A stretch of 64,000 nucleotides of DNA, taken from contig JAAOMT010000301.1 of assembly GCA_016748015.1 (NCBI GenBank), forward strand, positions 268,073 through 332,072, read 5' to 3'. The position numbers were made by a program, and so were the translations under genes. The notes under the pieces were generated by a model. That model was not told where the DNA came from and did not search any database. It was given only the letters and a program-made list of their open reading frames with translations. This DNA comes from Geosiphon pyriformis uo1. Its lineage: Eukaryota > Fungi > Glomeromycota. Shown piece after piece: positions 26,801 through 38,843 of the stretch (its first letter is position 1; every line of letters begins with the position of its first letter).

Positions 26801-28370
26801 GTTGTATTAAATATTTTTATAATTAAATTAATAAGTTTAATATAATTAACTTTTTTTACAACTTATTAAATAACAATAATTAAATTTTTAAAAACATAAA
26901 TTTAAACTTTTTTAATAAATTTGTTTTTTAGTTCTATAAATTAATTTAATATTTAAATATTAAATAAATAATAACAAATTTAAAAATTGATTTTAAAGTA
27001 TAATTAAAGTATTGTTATTAATAAAATAATTAAAAAAAAACAGTTTTAACTATTTATTAATTAACAAAAAACTTAATTTTCAAGTTATTTGTTATCAGTT
27101 TTTTAAAAAAATAATTAATTAATTTTAATATTCTAATTATATTTTATTTATTATTTGTTGTTTTTATTACTTTGTTAAATTATTGTTTTAATATTTTTTC
27201 AAAATTTTAAAAACTTTGTAATTTAAAAAATAGTTATATTTTTATTTTTTTTAGTTTTATAAATTTAAAAAAATTTTTAATTTTAATTTTTTTTAAATAA
27301 ATAATTAAATTAATATTAATATAATTAGTTTTTATTATTAAATTAACTTATTTGATAATGTAAAATTTTTTGGTTTTAAAAAGCAAACAAGTAATAAATT
27401 AGATATTACTTAAATAAATAATTTTAAAAATAATAAAATTAAAAGTAGTATTATAAATAAAATTATAAATTTATGTTTAATAATTTAATATTATTATTTT
27501 TTAGTATTATTTAAAAGTTTTAATTTTTAGTTTTTTGTATAAAAAACAGAAATTTAATAATATAATAAGTGGTTTATTTTAATGTTTATTTTTTATATAA
27601 AAAGCTATTTAACTTTTTATCAATTAATTTTATGTTTTAATTTGTATTTTTTACTAAGTAATTTTTAATATTATAATTTTAAACACTTATTTTTTTAAAT
27701 TATAACAACAAAATAAAAAATAAAAAATAAAACAAAAGAAAAAATAAAAATAAAAATTAATATTTGTTAATAATTATAATCAAAAATTATTGGTTTAATA
27801 TTATTAAATTTGCAATTTATGTTTTTAATATTTGTTAATTTAAAAACTATTTAAATAGAAATAAATATTAATAATTTGTTATTGTTTTTTGTTTAAATAT
27901 TTGTAATTATTTAATTATTTTTAATATATTGTTTATTGTTTAAATAAATAATTAAAATTTTTTATTATTATTATTGTTATTGTTTTTTGGTTTTAATTTT
28001 ATATTAAATAAAAATAAATAAATAAATAATTTTTTTTATAAAACTTTGTAATATTATAGTTAAGTTTTTAAAAATAAGTGTTAAATGTTTTTTAATTATA
28101 AATATCTAGTTTTTTTGTAAATAATATACAAAATTTTCATAGAAATTATATTTCTTTTTTAAAATATTGTAGTTTTTATAAATATAATTGTTAATATAAT
28201 TTTCAAAATATTTGTAAAGTGTTTTTTTTAATATTATAATTTTATTTAAAAATCTAAATTTTTATTTATAATAAATATAAATTAACTTATAATATTTTAA
28301 AGTTGTTTTATTAAAAGAAATTACTATTTTATATAACTTTTTGTTTTTAAAAACTACTAAATATTATTAA
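23900..28370. mobile_element. Extremely AT-rich tract, probably hypermutated TE relic(s); family not resolved
   Basis: Almost devoid of C and G, not periodic, sharp boundary with the gene island, and contiguous with relics that can be decoded. Confidence 0.5.
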
Positions 28371-29456
28371 TATTATTTATAAAAAAATAAAAAATATTTA
28401 TTATATAGTATATTTAATAATATAATTAAAAAAAATAATATAATATTAAAAAGTTTATAAAAATTTAAAATATCAAAAATATTTAAAAATTTTAAAATAC
28501 CAAAAATAATTAAAAAAATATAAAACCAATTAAAAATATTTGAATATTTTGTATTATTAAAAATATATATACAACAATAATAATAATAAAAAAGTATTTA
28601 ATATAACTTAAATTTTATTTTTTTAATAATTAAAAATTTAATTTACAAACTAATTATCAAATAAAATTTTCAATTAAACCAAAAAAAATTTTATAAACTG
28701 TATTTATTATTGTTAAATTATTTATTTTATTTATATTATTTTTTTAAAAAGCAATAAATACCAAAAACATAATTTTACAGATTTTATTATATTGAATTAA
28801 TAGTTTTTAATAAATATTAATAATATACCAATTTTTATTTTTTTATTTGTATTATTATTTTATTGTTAAAAAAATAAATACTAAAATTATAATATTAAAA
28901 ATTGTTTAATAAAAAATGCAAAACATAAACATAAAATTAATTTATTAAAAATTAAATATTTATTAAAAAAAATAAAAACATTAAAATAAATTAATTATCA
29001 TATTAAAAAAATAATATACTAAATATTAAAAATTATTAAATTATTAAATCTCTGTTTTTTATACAAAAACTCAACTATAAAAATTTTTAAATTATATTAA
29101 AAAAATACAGTACTAAATTATAAAACATGGCCCAATAAATTTACTTATAATATTTAATAATTTTTATAAAATATAATTTACAAAGAATAAAATCCTACTA
29201 AAAATAATTAATAAAAATAAAAAAATTTAAATATACAAAAAAAAATTATTTTGTATTTGTAAAAATCTGATATAAATACTATTAAAAAAATTAAAATTAA
29301 TAAATAAGTATACGTCCCAAATTTCTAAAATAGTGCATTTTTGAAGAAGTTTTTGTTTTTTCATTTGTTTTTATCTTTTACTTTTATTTGGTTTTCACAA
29401 TTTCTCAACTTGTCAACTCTTTCATTATCCCTTTGGTATCTGATGCTGTTAACATT

Positions 29457-31250
29457 ATGTTCATGAAAAAATTGGCCAGAAGTGCTGCTACAAGTTCTGT
29501 GAATAGTAGTCTGAAGCAAAAATCAAAGATTTCATTTGGTAAAGTTAAACACTTAGGCGACAAAGCTGATTTATCTTTCAAATTACCTATAAGTGAGCCT
29601 GGCTGGTACAAAAACATAGATACCTCTTCCGAAAAAAAGTTGGAATATGAATTAGGCAAGGACTTAGACTACAGTACTGGCAGCAAGAGTAATAGGCTGC
29701 TGAACTCTTGTACCAACACCCCAAAGACTAAACGCTTCAACTCTGATGCGGTGAAGATTCTATCTTTGGAGCCCTGTGACTTTGGCTCTGCCGTTAATGA
29801 CGTTGACATGGACTTACCTCCCTCTGTTCTTTTGGAATCCCCTCTTCATTCAGTCACTTCTGTCAAAGAGAGATTCTGCTTCAAACCAACCAAATCCTTT
29901 GCACTCGACATTGGTTTGTCAGCCATTCCTGGAAATACTCTGTATAACAAACTCAAGGGTGTCAGGAAGCTGTTCTACAAAGTTGATGGTTTTGGAAGTG
30001 CATCAACTCCATCGAAATTTCCAGGTATTGTTAAGACATCTTTCATATCTGAATCCAGTTTCACTTTGGCTAAACAGTTGGCTGTGTCTAAGAATCTTCT
30101 TGTCAACACTGATCTAAAGAAGATCGGCATACAATCAAATCAGGAAATTGTTATCAAAGAAATTCCAGCTAATCTGCCCAAATTGGCGATTGAGTCAGCT
30201 TTGGTCAAGTATGGGAAAAATTTTTCAATCAAAATACAGCTGATTGGTCTTTGGCAGAAAGTGCTTGTGAAGTTTGAGAGTTCTCAGGTTGCTGATCTGG
30301 TCATGTCCAAATGGTCAATCTTGCTGGGTAAGAACTCAGTGCAGATTGTCAAAGCCAATACCGACAAACAAACGTGGGATTTAAGGGACAGCTATTGCAC
30401 TCTTCTATACACTCTGCTGATGGGCACGACTGTCCACAATCTCTTGGATCTGGTCTAATCATATGGTAAGAAAACTTGCTGTATTTCTAGGAATTTGGTA
30501 TCTTATGCACAAGCCCAATGTGCTGTCATATGCTTTGACTCTAAAAAAGCCAGAAAGGCTGTTATTTGCTCTATGCTGGTGTTTAAGGGTATTAACCTTG
30601 TCTGGGATGGTTTGTTATCTCCTAAGTGTGCTACATGTGGTAACTTTGGTCATGTTTCCTCTGGATGTAACAGTGGTGAGAAAATCTTTAAACTGGATTT
30701 CAAAAAAAGATTTCTTTGTTCTAATTTGGATAAAAAGTGCCTTGTGCTCATTTATGCCAAAAAACAAGCTCTCGTGTCTTGTCCTGTCTTCTTTGGTGGT
30801 GCAACTTGGGCTTCTGTGATAAGTGGCTCCCCTAAAAATTTGTCTTCTATACCATTTGTTGGAACCAATACAAACATAAAACCAGTCGGCAGTTCGATGC
30901 CTAAGATTGCAATTTTAGCTTCACATGTTAGTGTTTTCGAGTGTTTATTTGAGAATGTGTCTGACCAGATAGCCGACATTTCACATAAGTTGGACAGGTT
31001 GTTGGCAGTTTTGTCAGCAAGTTTTGTTGTTTCGCCCACTCCCGAGCATAACCCTGTGCTGGATATGGCTGTTGATGCTTTGTTAGTTACTCAAGACATT
31101 TTTCCAAGTGGTTCCCAAGTTTTAACTGCAAAAGTAGGTGGCCTGGAGGCTAGCCTATTAGTTCTAGAGAATTCAATTAAAACAATAATGAATAAGTTGG
31201 ACTCTTTTGGTTCTGGCAATGGTATAGTACTCCATTCTCTTCCCCAATGA
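29457..31250 (+). pseudogene. LINE copy 1 ORF1 (RRM-like domains, CCHC knuckle, coiled coil)
   Basis: IKEIP...GLWQK...WSILLGK; CATCGNFGHVSSGC; internal stop at 30456-30458. Confidence 0.85.
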
Positions 31251-34200
31251 GTAGTTTAGCCTGGAAAATTGCTACTTATAACATTAGAAGTATGAATGTT
31301 CTTGCTAAGCAGGAAGATATTATTAGGTGGCATATGGTTTCGAATAATGACATTTCAATAATTACTGAGACTAAGCTTTACTCTAGTGTCAAGTCTTGAA
31401 TTACGAATAAGTTTCCTAATGTGAAAGTGTTTATTTCAGGTCTGGATGCTGAGTTTTTAGGTGCAGGTGTCACTTTAATCATGAATAAAAATTTAGCCAA
31501 GCATGTTTTAAAAATCTCTGAAATTCTGGGTAGGTTTTTAATGGTTTATTTATTATTCAAAAACAAACATTCCATATCTGTGTTGGATTTGTATGCAGAG
31601 GCCTCTCGGGATAGGCATACAATTCAGACTGGTCTCATTAACTTTTTTATAGCCAGGACTTGTAATGAGAGTACTTTTGTTATATTAGGTGGTGATTTCA
31701 ATGAGGATGGGAACAAACGTAGCTCTAGCTTTAGCAAATATGTAGATCTTGGTTTAGTCAATGCATTAGTTAATAGTTCTTACATTAAGGCTTCTACTTG
31801 GAGTAATTCCAGGAGCATTAAAAGGACCATTGATTTTGTTTTTGTTTCACAGAGTTTGAGTAATATTTTGATAAATAGGCGAGTTGTAGATGTGAACGAG
31901 TTCTTCAATACTGATCACAGTTCTGTTCAAATTACAATTGGTCTTGGTGGAATTTTGGATCTTGTTTTGAGAGCTATTCGTGTTCAAGCCAATAGAGACA
32001 AGTGGAAGTTCAAAAATGCTGATGGAGTTAAATGAAAGTAGTATAAAAATGCATCTTGTGAGAATTTTGCCATGTTCTCCAATGAGTTTGCAGATTTTCA
32101 CTGTTTGTCTGATTTGGATAGCATGTGGTGTATTATTCACAAAGCTGTCTGCTTTTCAGTGAATGAAGTTTTTTCAAAGACCTGGTCTAAAGGTTTTAAT
32201 GGTGGTTATACCAAGTGCTCTTCTCATTTTCATAGATTGGAACTTTTGGTTTCTAAATTGGTAAAGACTTCACATTCTGTATTATCAAATGAGTTTGTTT
32301 CCCTTTTTGATGTTTGGGTCTTTTTGGATTCCATTAATGCTTTTGCTGTCAAATCTCTTTTCCTTTTGGGATCTCATTTTAATACTATCAGGTCAGCTTT
32401 GGCAAAGATTAGAAAATATTATTGTTCACTTAAGATGATAGAATTAAAATGTGTTCGGGATTCTCAAATTAAGCTGGCAATTGACAAAAGAATGGAAAAC
32501 TTCAGGTTGAATAAAGACCAGACTATTAGGAGTGTACTTAAGAGACCATTTCGCAAAGTTACATTAGATTATTTGGTTATGAATGAGGACTTTATTTTGG
32601 AACTTGGTTTGGTTAAATTTCACATCGATAGAATTATGGAGGGATGGACCAGAAAGCATATAGTAGTTGGTGACATTTTGGATAACTGAAGTCGCCAGTT
32701 TTAACCTTTGGAGTATGTCTTTGATGATGCTTTTTTGAATATTATGCACCCAATTAAGGTGGATGAGTTTTTTGGTATGGTTCTGAATCTGTCTGATAAT
32801 AAAGCTGCTGGCCTTTCTGGTATTTTAAATGAGCTATGGAAACATTGTGATGGGTCTGTTCTGGATTTGCTTTTGGTCCTTTTAAACTCTTGTTTGGTTT
32901 GTGAGATTGTTCCAGGCTCTTAGAAAGAGGCCTGGGTGTCTATGATTCCTAAACCCTATGACTAGGAAGAAGTTCTTACGAATATCCAATCTATTGCATT
33001 GATTGAGACTGCCTGTAAAATTCTCTCCAAGATTCTCTCTGACAGAATCTCTTTGGTGTGTAGTAACTATGATGTTTTTCATGATGACAATTTTTCAGTT
33101 TTTAAAAGTATGACAACACAGTCTCCTATTTTTGCTATTGGTTCAATGGTTAAGGATGCTTTGGAAAAGAATCGCAAACTTTGGTTGGTTTTACAAGACA
33201 TGAGAAAAGCATATAATTCGGTTGGCTGAGAACATTTGAGAAGAAGTTTGGTCAAAATCAAAATGTGCAGTAGATTCATAAGATTTTTTGGGAATATTCA
33301 CAATGGCCGCATGAACAGAGTGATGACTGATTTTGGGTTGACTGATGATTATAGTATTTGTGATGGCTTGGATCAAGGGGAAGTGTTTTTACCTTTTTTT
33401 TGGCAAATTTTTTATGACACTTTGCTGTGTGAAGTTAAGAGACAAGAGGCAATGTGTGGCTACAGACTGAACTCATATTATGTTGTCAAGACTGGTTGTG
33501 TGGATTCACAGAATGGCTTTACATCCTTTTTTGTTGCAGGTGCTTTTGTCGATGACACTATATAAGTTAGTTCTAGTCAGGCGACCACACAACACATTTT
33601 CAATATTGCCAGTGAATTTTTCAGGTTAAGTGATATATCAATTAACAATGACAAGACTGTAGCAATCCCAATTAATTAGAGTGGTGGCATTTTTTTTATC
33701 TATCAATAATGCTCCTATTTCCATTGCCAAAAAGAGGGTGTCTTACTATTATCTGGGTGTTTTTTCTCTTTTAATGGATTGTCTAAGTCCAGCCTGGCCA
33801 AAGCGCATTCTGATATTTGGTTTTTTGCCAATTTAGTACTGAAAAAAGTGATTTCAGACAAACAGTTTTCTTACTTGGTTTCAGCAATTCTTTATTTTAT
33901 TATTGGTTACAGGATCCAGTTTAGCTTTGTTTCTGTTAGTGTGTACCAGAAGTGGGATGTTTTGATTTGAAAAGACCTGAAGTTGAAGTTGAGTCTTCCT
34001 CTGAATTTTCCTAATAATGTCTTACACCACTTTTTATTTTATGGCTTGAAGACTTTTGAGCAAATTCAGGCCAAAGGCAAGGTTGCCACTGTGATATGCT
34101 TTGCTAACTCTGTTAGAATTTTGGGCTGGTTGTTCATGCATAGGTTGCATAACTTGCAGGTCTTGAGTTGGTATCTAGTACATATCTTGTGTTCTCCAGT

Positions 34201-35926
34201 TTGCATTAGTGTTAATTCTTTGAACAACTTCTTGGCAGGTGTGGTTTGAGTCTTTCTTGACTCTGGTTTATCCTTGGGCAACCTTGTTTGTGATGTTTTT
34301 CACTTCTGGAATAGAACTCCTTTATCTAAGATCCTTGGCAAGTCAATATATTTCAGATGTCTCCCCTTCTTTTGTCATTATGGAATAGCTTTTGTTGAGC
34401 AGCTTTGATGCCAAAATGGTGCTGTCTTTGATTGAAAAACTTTCAAGCAGTGAAAGAGGCTTGACCTGCATGGTCCTGTTTCTGCCTGGTTTGCTGTTGC
34501 TGTTTACCATTTTTATGTTGCTGGTTTTTTTAATGTTGGCTTATTCCCTCTGGTTGCTACCTCTGTAAAAGACATTCTTAATTCTCATGAATTTAGATCA
34601 GTGCGTGATCAGTTGTCTGGCCTTGGTGCCTCCAATTTTTCTATGTACATGGATGGTTCTCTTTGTGGCTTGAGAAGCATAAATATGAAAGCTGGTGCTG
34701 CCATGTTCTTTGAGAACATTAACTTGGGTCTTAGGGTGGAGGTGTTTGGCATAGTTTTTTCCATATTAGCAAAGCTTCAGGCCATTGCATTGGCTCTTGA
34801 GTGTGTGCTTAGTTCAAGTTCAGTCCATCTATTCTCTGACAGCCAAGCTGCACTGGATGCATGTAAATCTGAATTATTGTTGTTGGCTCTGGATTTTCAA
34901 AACAAATGTTGAGTTGAGCATCAGCACATTGCTGGAATTATACATGACAAGAATTTGAACATTGGCTGGCATAAGGTCAAAAGTCACTCAGATGTTCCAA
35001 GTAATAATAGAGCTGACTTGCTTGCTGGTGTTTCTTCCCATTCAGGCCGGCTCTTTCATCCTCAGCTCAAGGAATGTTTTATCTTGGCTAATGACAATAC
35101 TGTTTCTGGAAACTCTAGGCACTTTGTTTGTGATATTTTTTGGTCTATTCATCGTGTAAGCTGGGAGATTGGCTCTGGTGCCAAAATTGTAAATGGTTGT
35201 ATTTTTCCAGATATTGATTGGTTTAAGTCATTTCTTGTTTGGCATCCTAACTCTTACATGGCTGCTGGCTTTACAAGTCGCCATTCAGCTGGCTCCCATT
35301 CTTATTTTATGAAGACTTTACATCATAGATTACCTGTTGCTGTTTGAAAATGCCTTTATAATAGATGTTATTCCAGTGTGGTATGCCTATATTGTGGTGA
35401 TGTCAAGTTGTCGGACCATGTTTTCTCTTGTACATTTGATGTGGCTGCTTGGTTCCAGTTGTTTATTGATTTTGCTTTCACTTAGAGAACTGTTTCTGGT
35501 CTGTTCCATGCCTCCTTTCATGTATTACAAATGCTATCCAATTGTTTGGCTGATTTGGAGCTTGTTGTCTCACTGTATAAAGGTTTTGTGCTTGTGGATT
35601 GGTGCCAGAAGGCCACTTCTTGCTTTGACAGCTCTAAGGTTGTATCTGGTAAGGTGGTTGAGTTTGTTCGTAGTTTGTGCCTGTTTTTTAAGAATGATAT
35701 TTTGCTGGTTCATTCCAAGCATTGTGCTTATATGGAAAAACATAGTTTGATCTCTCGTGATAATTCAATTCCTGTCTCGGTGTTTGGTAGCATGTCAGTG
35801 TTTTTGGCCTGAATAGTTAGACTGCTTGGTATTGATGATGCATTTGGTGTTAGTTTTGGGTTGCGCAGCTTCTGCTGGTTTTTTTCAAATATAGGTAATT
35901 TGGTTTCTGTATATGTGAGTGTATAG
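31247..35926 (+). pseudogene. LINE copy 1 ORF2 (APE endonuclease, RT, RNase H, C-terminal CCHC)
   Basis: GGDFN, TIDF, TDH; LQDMRKAYNSV, GLDQG, AFVDD; YMDGS, FSDSQAAL, WHKVKSHS..NNRAD; many premature stops. Confidence 0.9.
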
Positions 35927-37049
35927 TGTAGTCCTAATTGGTTTGAGTGGTTAGTCATGTATAAGAAAAGCATAATTCACACCTAATTTAAATCATTATT
36001 TTGATGTATTGTTACTAGACAGTGTTTGGATTTCACTCATTAAAATATTAAAAAAAAAAATTTTGTTTTTAGCTAAATTAAAATTCAATTTTTACATTAA
36101 TAAGCAAATCTAACATTTTTTAAAAGCCAAAAAACCCAAAATTTGCAAAATTAATTTTTCAAAAAAATTTTAATAATATATTAGTTATTATTTATTATAT
36201 AATTTTATATTAACAATTGTAATAATTTATTAAAAAATAAAAAAAATTTATAATTATAAATATTAATTGTTATTTCAAAAAAAATTATATTATTTATTTA
36301 AAAAAAATAGCAAATAATCTTTTTAAAAGAACTATTATATTATTATATTATATTCTTAAAAATATAATTCAAATTCTATTATAAAGTTTAGAAATTAACA
36401 ATTATTTTAAAAAAATTCAAAAAATAAAACTTATTTAAAAAATACAAAATATACTTAAGTTTTAATTTTTTATATTACTATTAAGACAATTATTACTACT
36501 ATTACAATTGAAAAAATAATTAATTATAAAAAACCAATTATTAAATAAAACTTAAGAAAATCTAAGTTTAAATTCGGTTTTTATTCAAACTTTAAAATTA
36601 ATTGTTTTAAATTTTATTGTTTTAAATTTTATTATTTTATTATTAAAAAATTCAATTTTAGTTGTATTATTATTTATATTAATATATATATATAATTAAT
36701 TAAATATTAAAATTAAAAAGACAATATAATACCAAAAATTTTAAAAATACTTGTAAAATTTCAGAAATATCAGAAATACTTAAAATTTTAAAAATACCAA
36801 AAAAATTTTAGAAATTTCAAAAATGTTGAAAATATTAAAAATAATTCAAAAATAATTAAAAATATTAATTTATATTATAAAAGTTATATATATATAATAG
36901 GATAATAAAAAAAACTTCTTTCTCTCCTTTGTCCAAAATTCCCAAAAAAGAGTCAAAAGTTTTTTTGAAAGAAGTTTTTTACCATTCAGTACGATAAATC
37001 AAAACCATTTTTCAATTACGAGGCTACTGTTGGCTCTGTTATTGCTGTT

Positions 37050-38843
37050 ATGAAAAAAACTGCTAAAGTTTCTGGTTCTGAGAATGGTTTTAAAGCGGTT
37101 GCATCAAAGAAAAAGAGGAAGGGAGATGTGTTGGCAGAGGGTGTTGATAATAGAAGGGTTGCTGCTGAAGTTCCTGGTGTTTATTCATGGGGTTTAGAGA
37201 CTGGGGACACTACTGAATCTGAAAGTGTTGATATGGAAGAGGAGTGTCTGGTGGAGGAAACCAGCTTTGATTATGGTGAAGGTGGAGCTCTGACTGGTGG
37301 AGATTATGTTCAGACACCCACAAGTTCGAAGGTTAAAACCAAAAAGGCGTTGGGCAAGCCATTGGGAAAAATTGACTTCTCAAAAGATGGTAGTGATAAT
37401 GGTGTTCTCTCGGATGCTCCTCTTGAGCTCCCTCTTTCTGTGAGAAATTTGGTCAATGTTTCAGTCAGGAAATCATTCGCATTGGATATTGGCTTGGATA
37501 AAGTGGCTGGCAAATCTTCTCAGGAAAAACTTGTGATGGTGAGGAAGTTGTTTTCTGGAATCAATGGTTTTGGGGAGGCATCTACCCCCTCAAAATTCTC
37601 AGGAATCATCAGGACGACATTCACTTCCGAATTGAGTCTAATGAAAGCTACTAATAAAGCTGCAAATGCGAAGATCTTAGTAAACGCCAATCTCAAAAAA
37701 GCATCTGGGTGATCAGATCGGACTGTGATCATGAAAGAAATTCCAGTTGGAACATTGTCTGAAGCTGTGCGTGCTGTGCTATCTGAGTTTGAAGTTATTA
37801 GGATGATCAAGATGCAGTTAATCGGGCTGTGGCAGAAGGCGGTGGTGGAATTCGAACGATCGGATCAGGCTGATTTGGCTGTAGCTGAGTGGTCCATCTT
37901 AATCGGGAAAAATGCTGTATGTGTGGCTAAGGCTAATTCAGACAAGGAAGTGTGGGATGTTAGGAACCAACATAGGGCGCTGCTCTATACATTGCCGATG
38001 GGAACCAATGCTCATGATATCTGAGACTTTGTTAGATCTGTAGGTGGGAAAATGTGTGTCATTGATTGTTATTCTGTTATGTATGCTCGGGCCAGGTGTG
38101 CTGTTGTTTGTTTCGACTCTGCTGAATCATTGGATGCTGCTGTGAGAACCACGCCAGTACTCAGGAACACCAATCTCCGCTGGTCTTGCCTCATTTCTGC
38201 TAAATGCACCAAGTGTGAGAAATTGGGTCACACGTCATTGGATTGTGCAGTTGGTGGGAAATTGTCTTCTAGTAGTTCACTGCATAGGGTTTTCTCAGAT
38301 ACAGATAAAAGCAGGCTGGTAACCATCTATGCCAAATGCTCGGCTCCGGTTGCCCGTCCAGTCTCTTTTGGTGGTCTCTCTTGGGCAAAGGTTGCTTGCG
38401 GGTCTTTTTTGTTCCCCCTCTCTGGTCAGAATCTTGTGGTAACAAATGGCTCCTCTTCAGAGATGAAGCCGTCCCAACTGGTTATGATGGAAGTCAACGA
38501 TAGGTTCGCTGCTCTTGAGCGCAGTCTCGCCAGCCTCGCAGAGCAAGTTGGTAAGCTGGCTAAGAGGTTGAATGCACTCGGGCCAACAGTTTCCCAGCCT
38601 AGCCTTGGATGTCAGCCATTGGTGACCCCTTCATCACAGGATCAAGGGGCAGATGTAGTGATAAGTGAGGATTTGAGTGTGTCCACTAGTGGTGGGAATG
38701 TTGCGGGAGTGGTGTCTTTTGATATGTCTTTGGTGTCTAAGCTGGAAGACAGCATGAAGTGTTTAATGGAAACGGTTCTGGGCCTTTCGGCCAAAGTGGA
38801 CAGTTTAGGTGCACTTTCGGTATCTCTACCTCTTACTCAATGA
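37050..38843 (+). pseudogene. LINE copy 2 ORF1
   Basis: In-frame fragments 37050..37712, 37725..38024 and 38052..38843; CTKCEKLGHTSLDC knuckle; coiled coil FAALERSLASLAEQV. Confidence 0.9.

Larger units (their letters stand above)
29313..36060 (+). mobile_element. Full-length LINE copy 1 (ORF1 plus ORF2 with EN, RT, RNase H, ZnF), inactivated
   Basis: 5' end resembles copies 2 and 3 (gtcccaaattt...gaagttttt); conserved 3' tail 35927-36045; poly-A 36050-36060. Confidence 0.92.
28371..36664 (+). mobile_element. Hypermutated Ty3/gypsy relic 1: LTR about 28371-29152, PBS about 29155-29171, gag 5' part, interrupted by LINE copy 1
   Basis: Matches to the better-preserved element: tattatttataaaaaaataaaaaata (28371) with tgttacttatagaaatatagaaaata (61185); 29044-29075 with 61875-61905; tataata-tttaataatttttataaaa with tgtaaca-tttggtgctccctgtgagg; 36069-36110 with gag 62176-62217. 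Confidence 0.75.
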
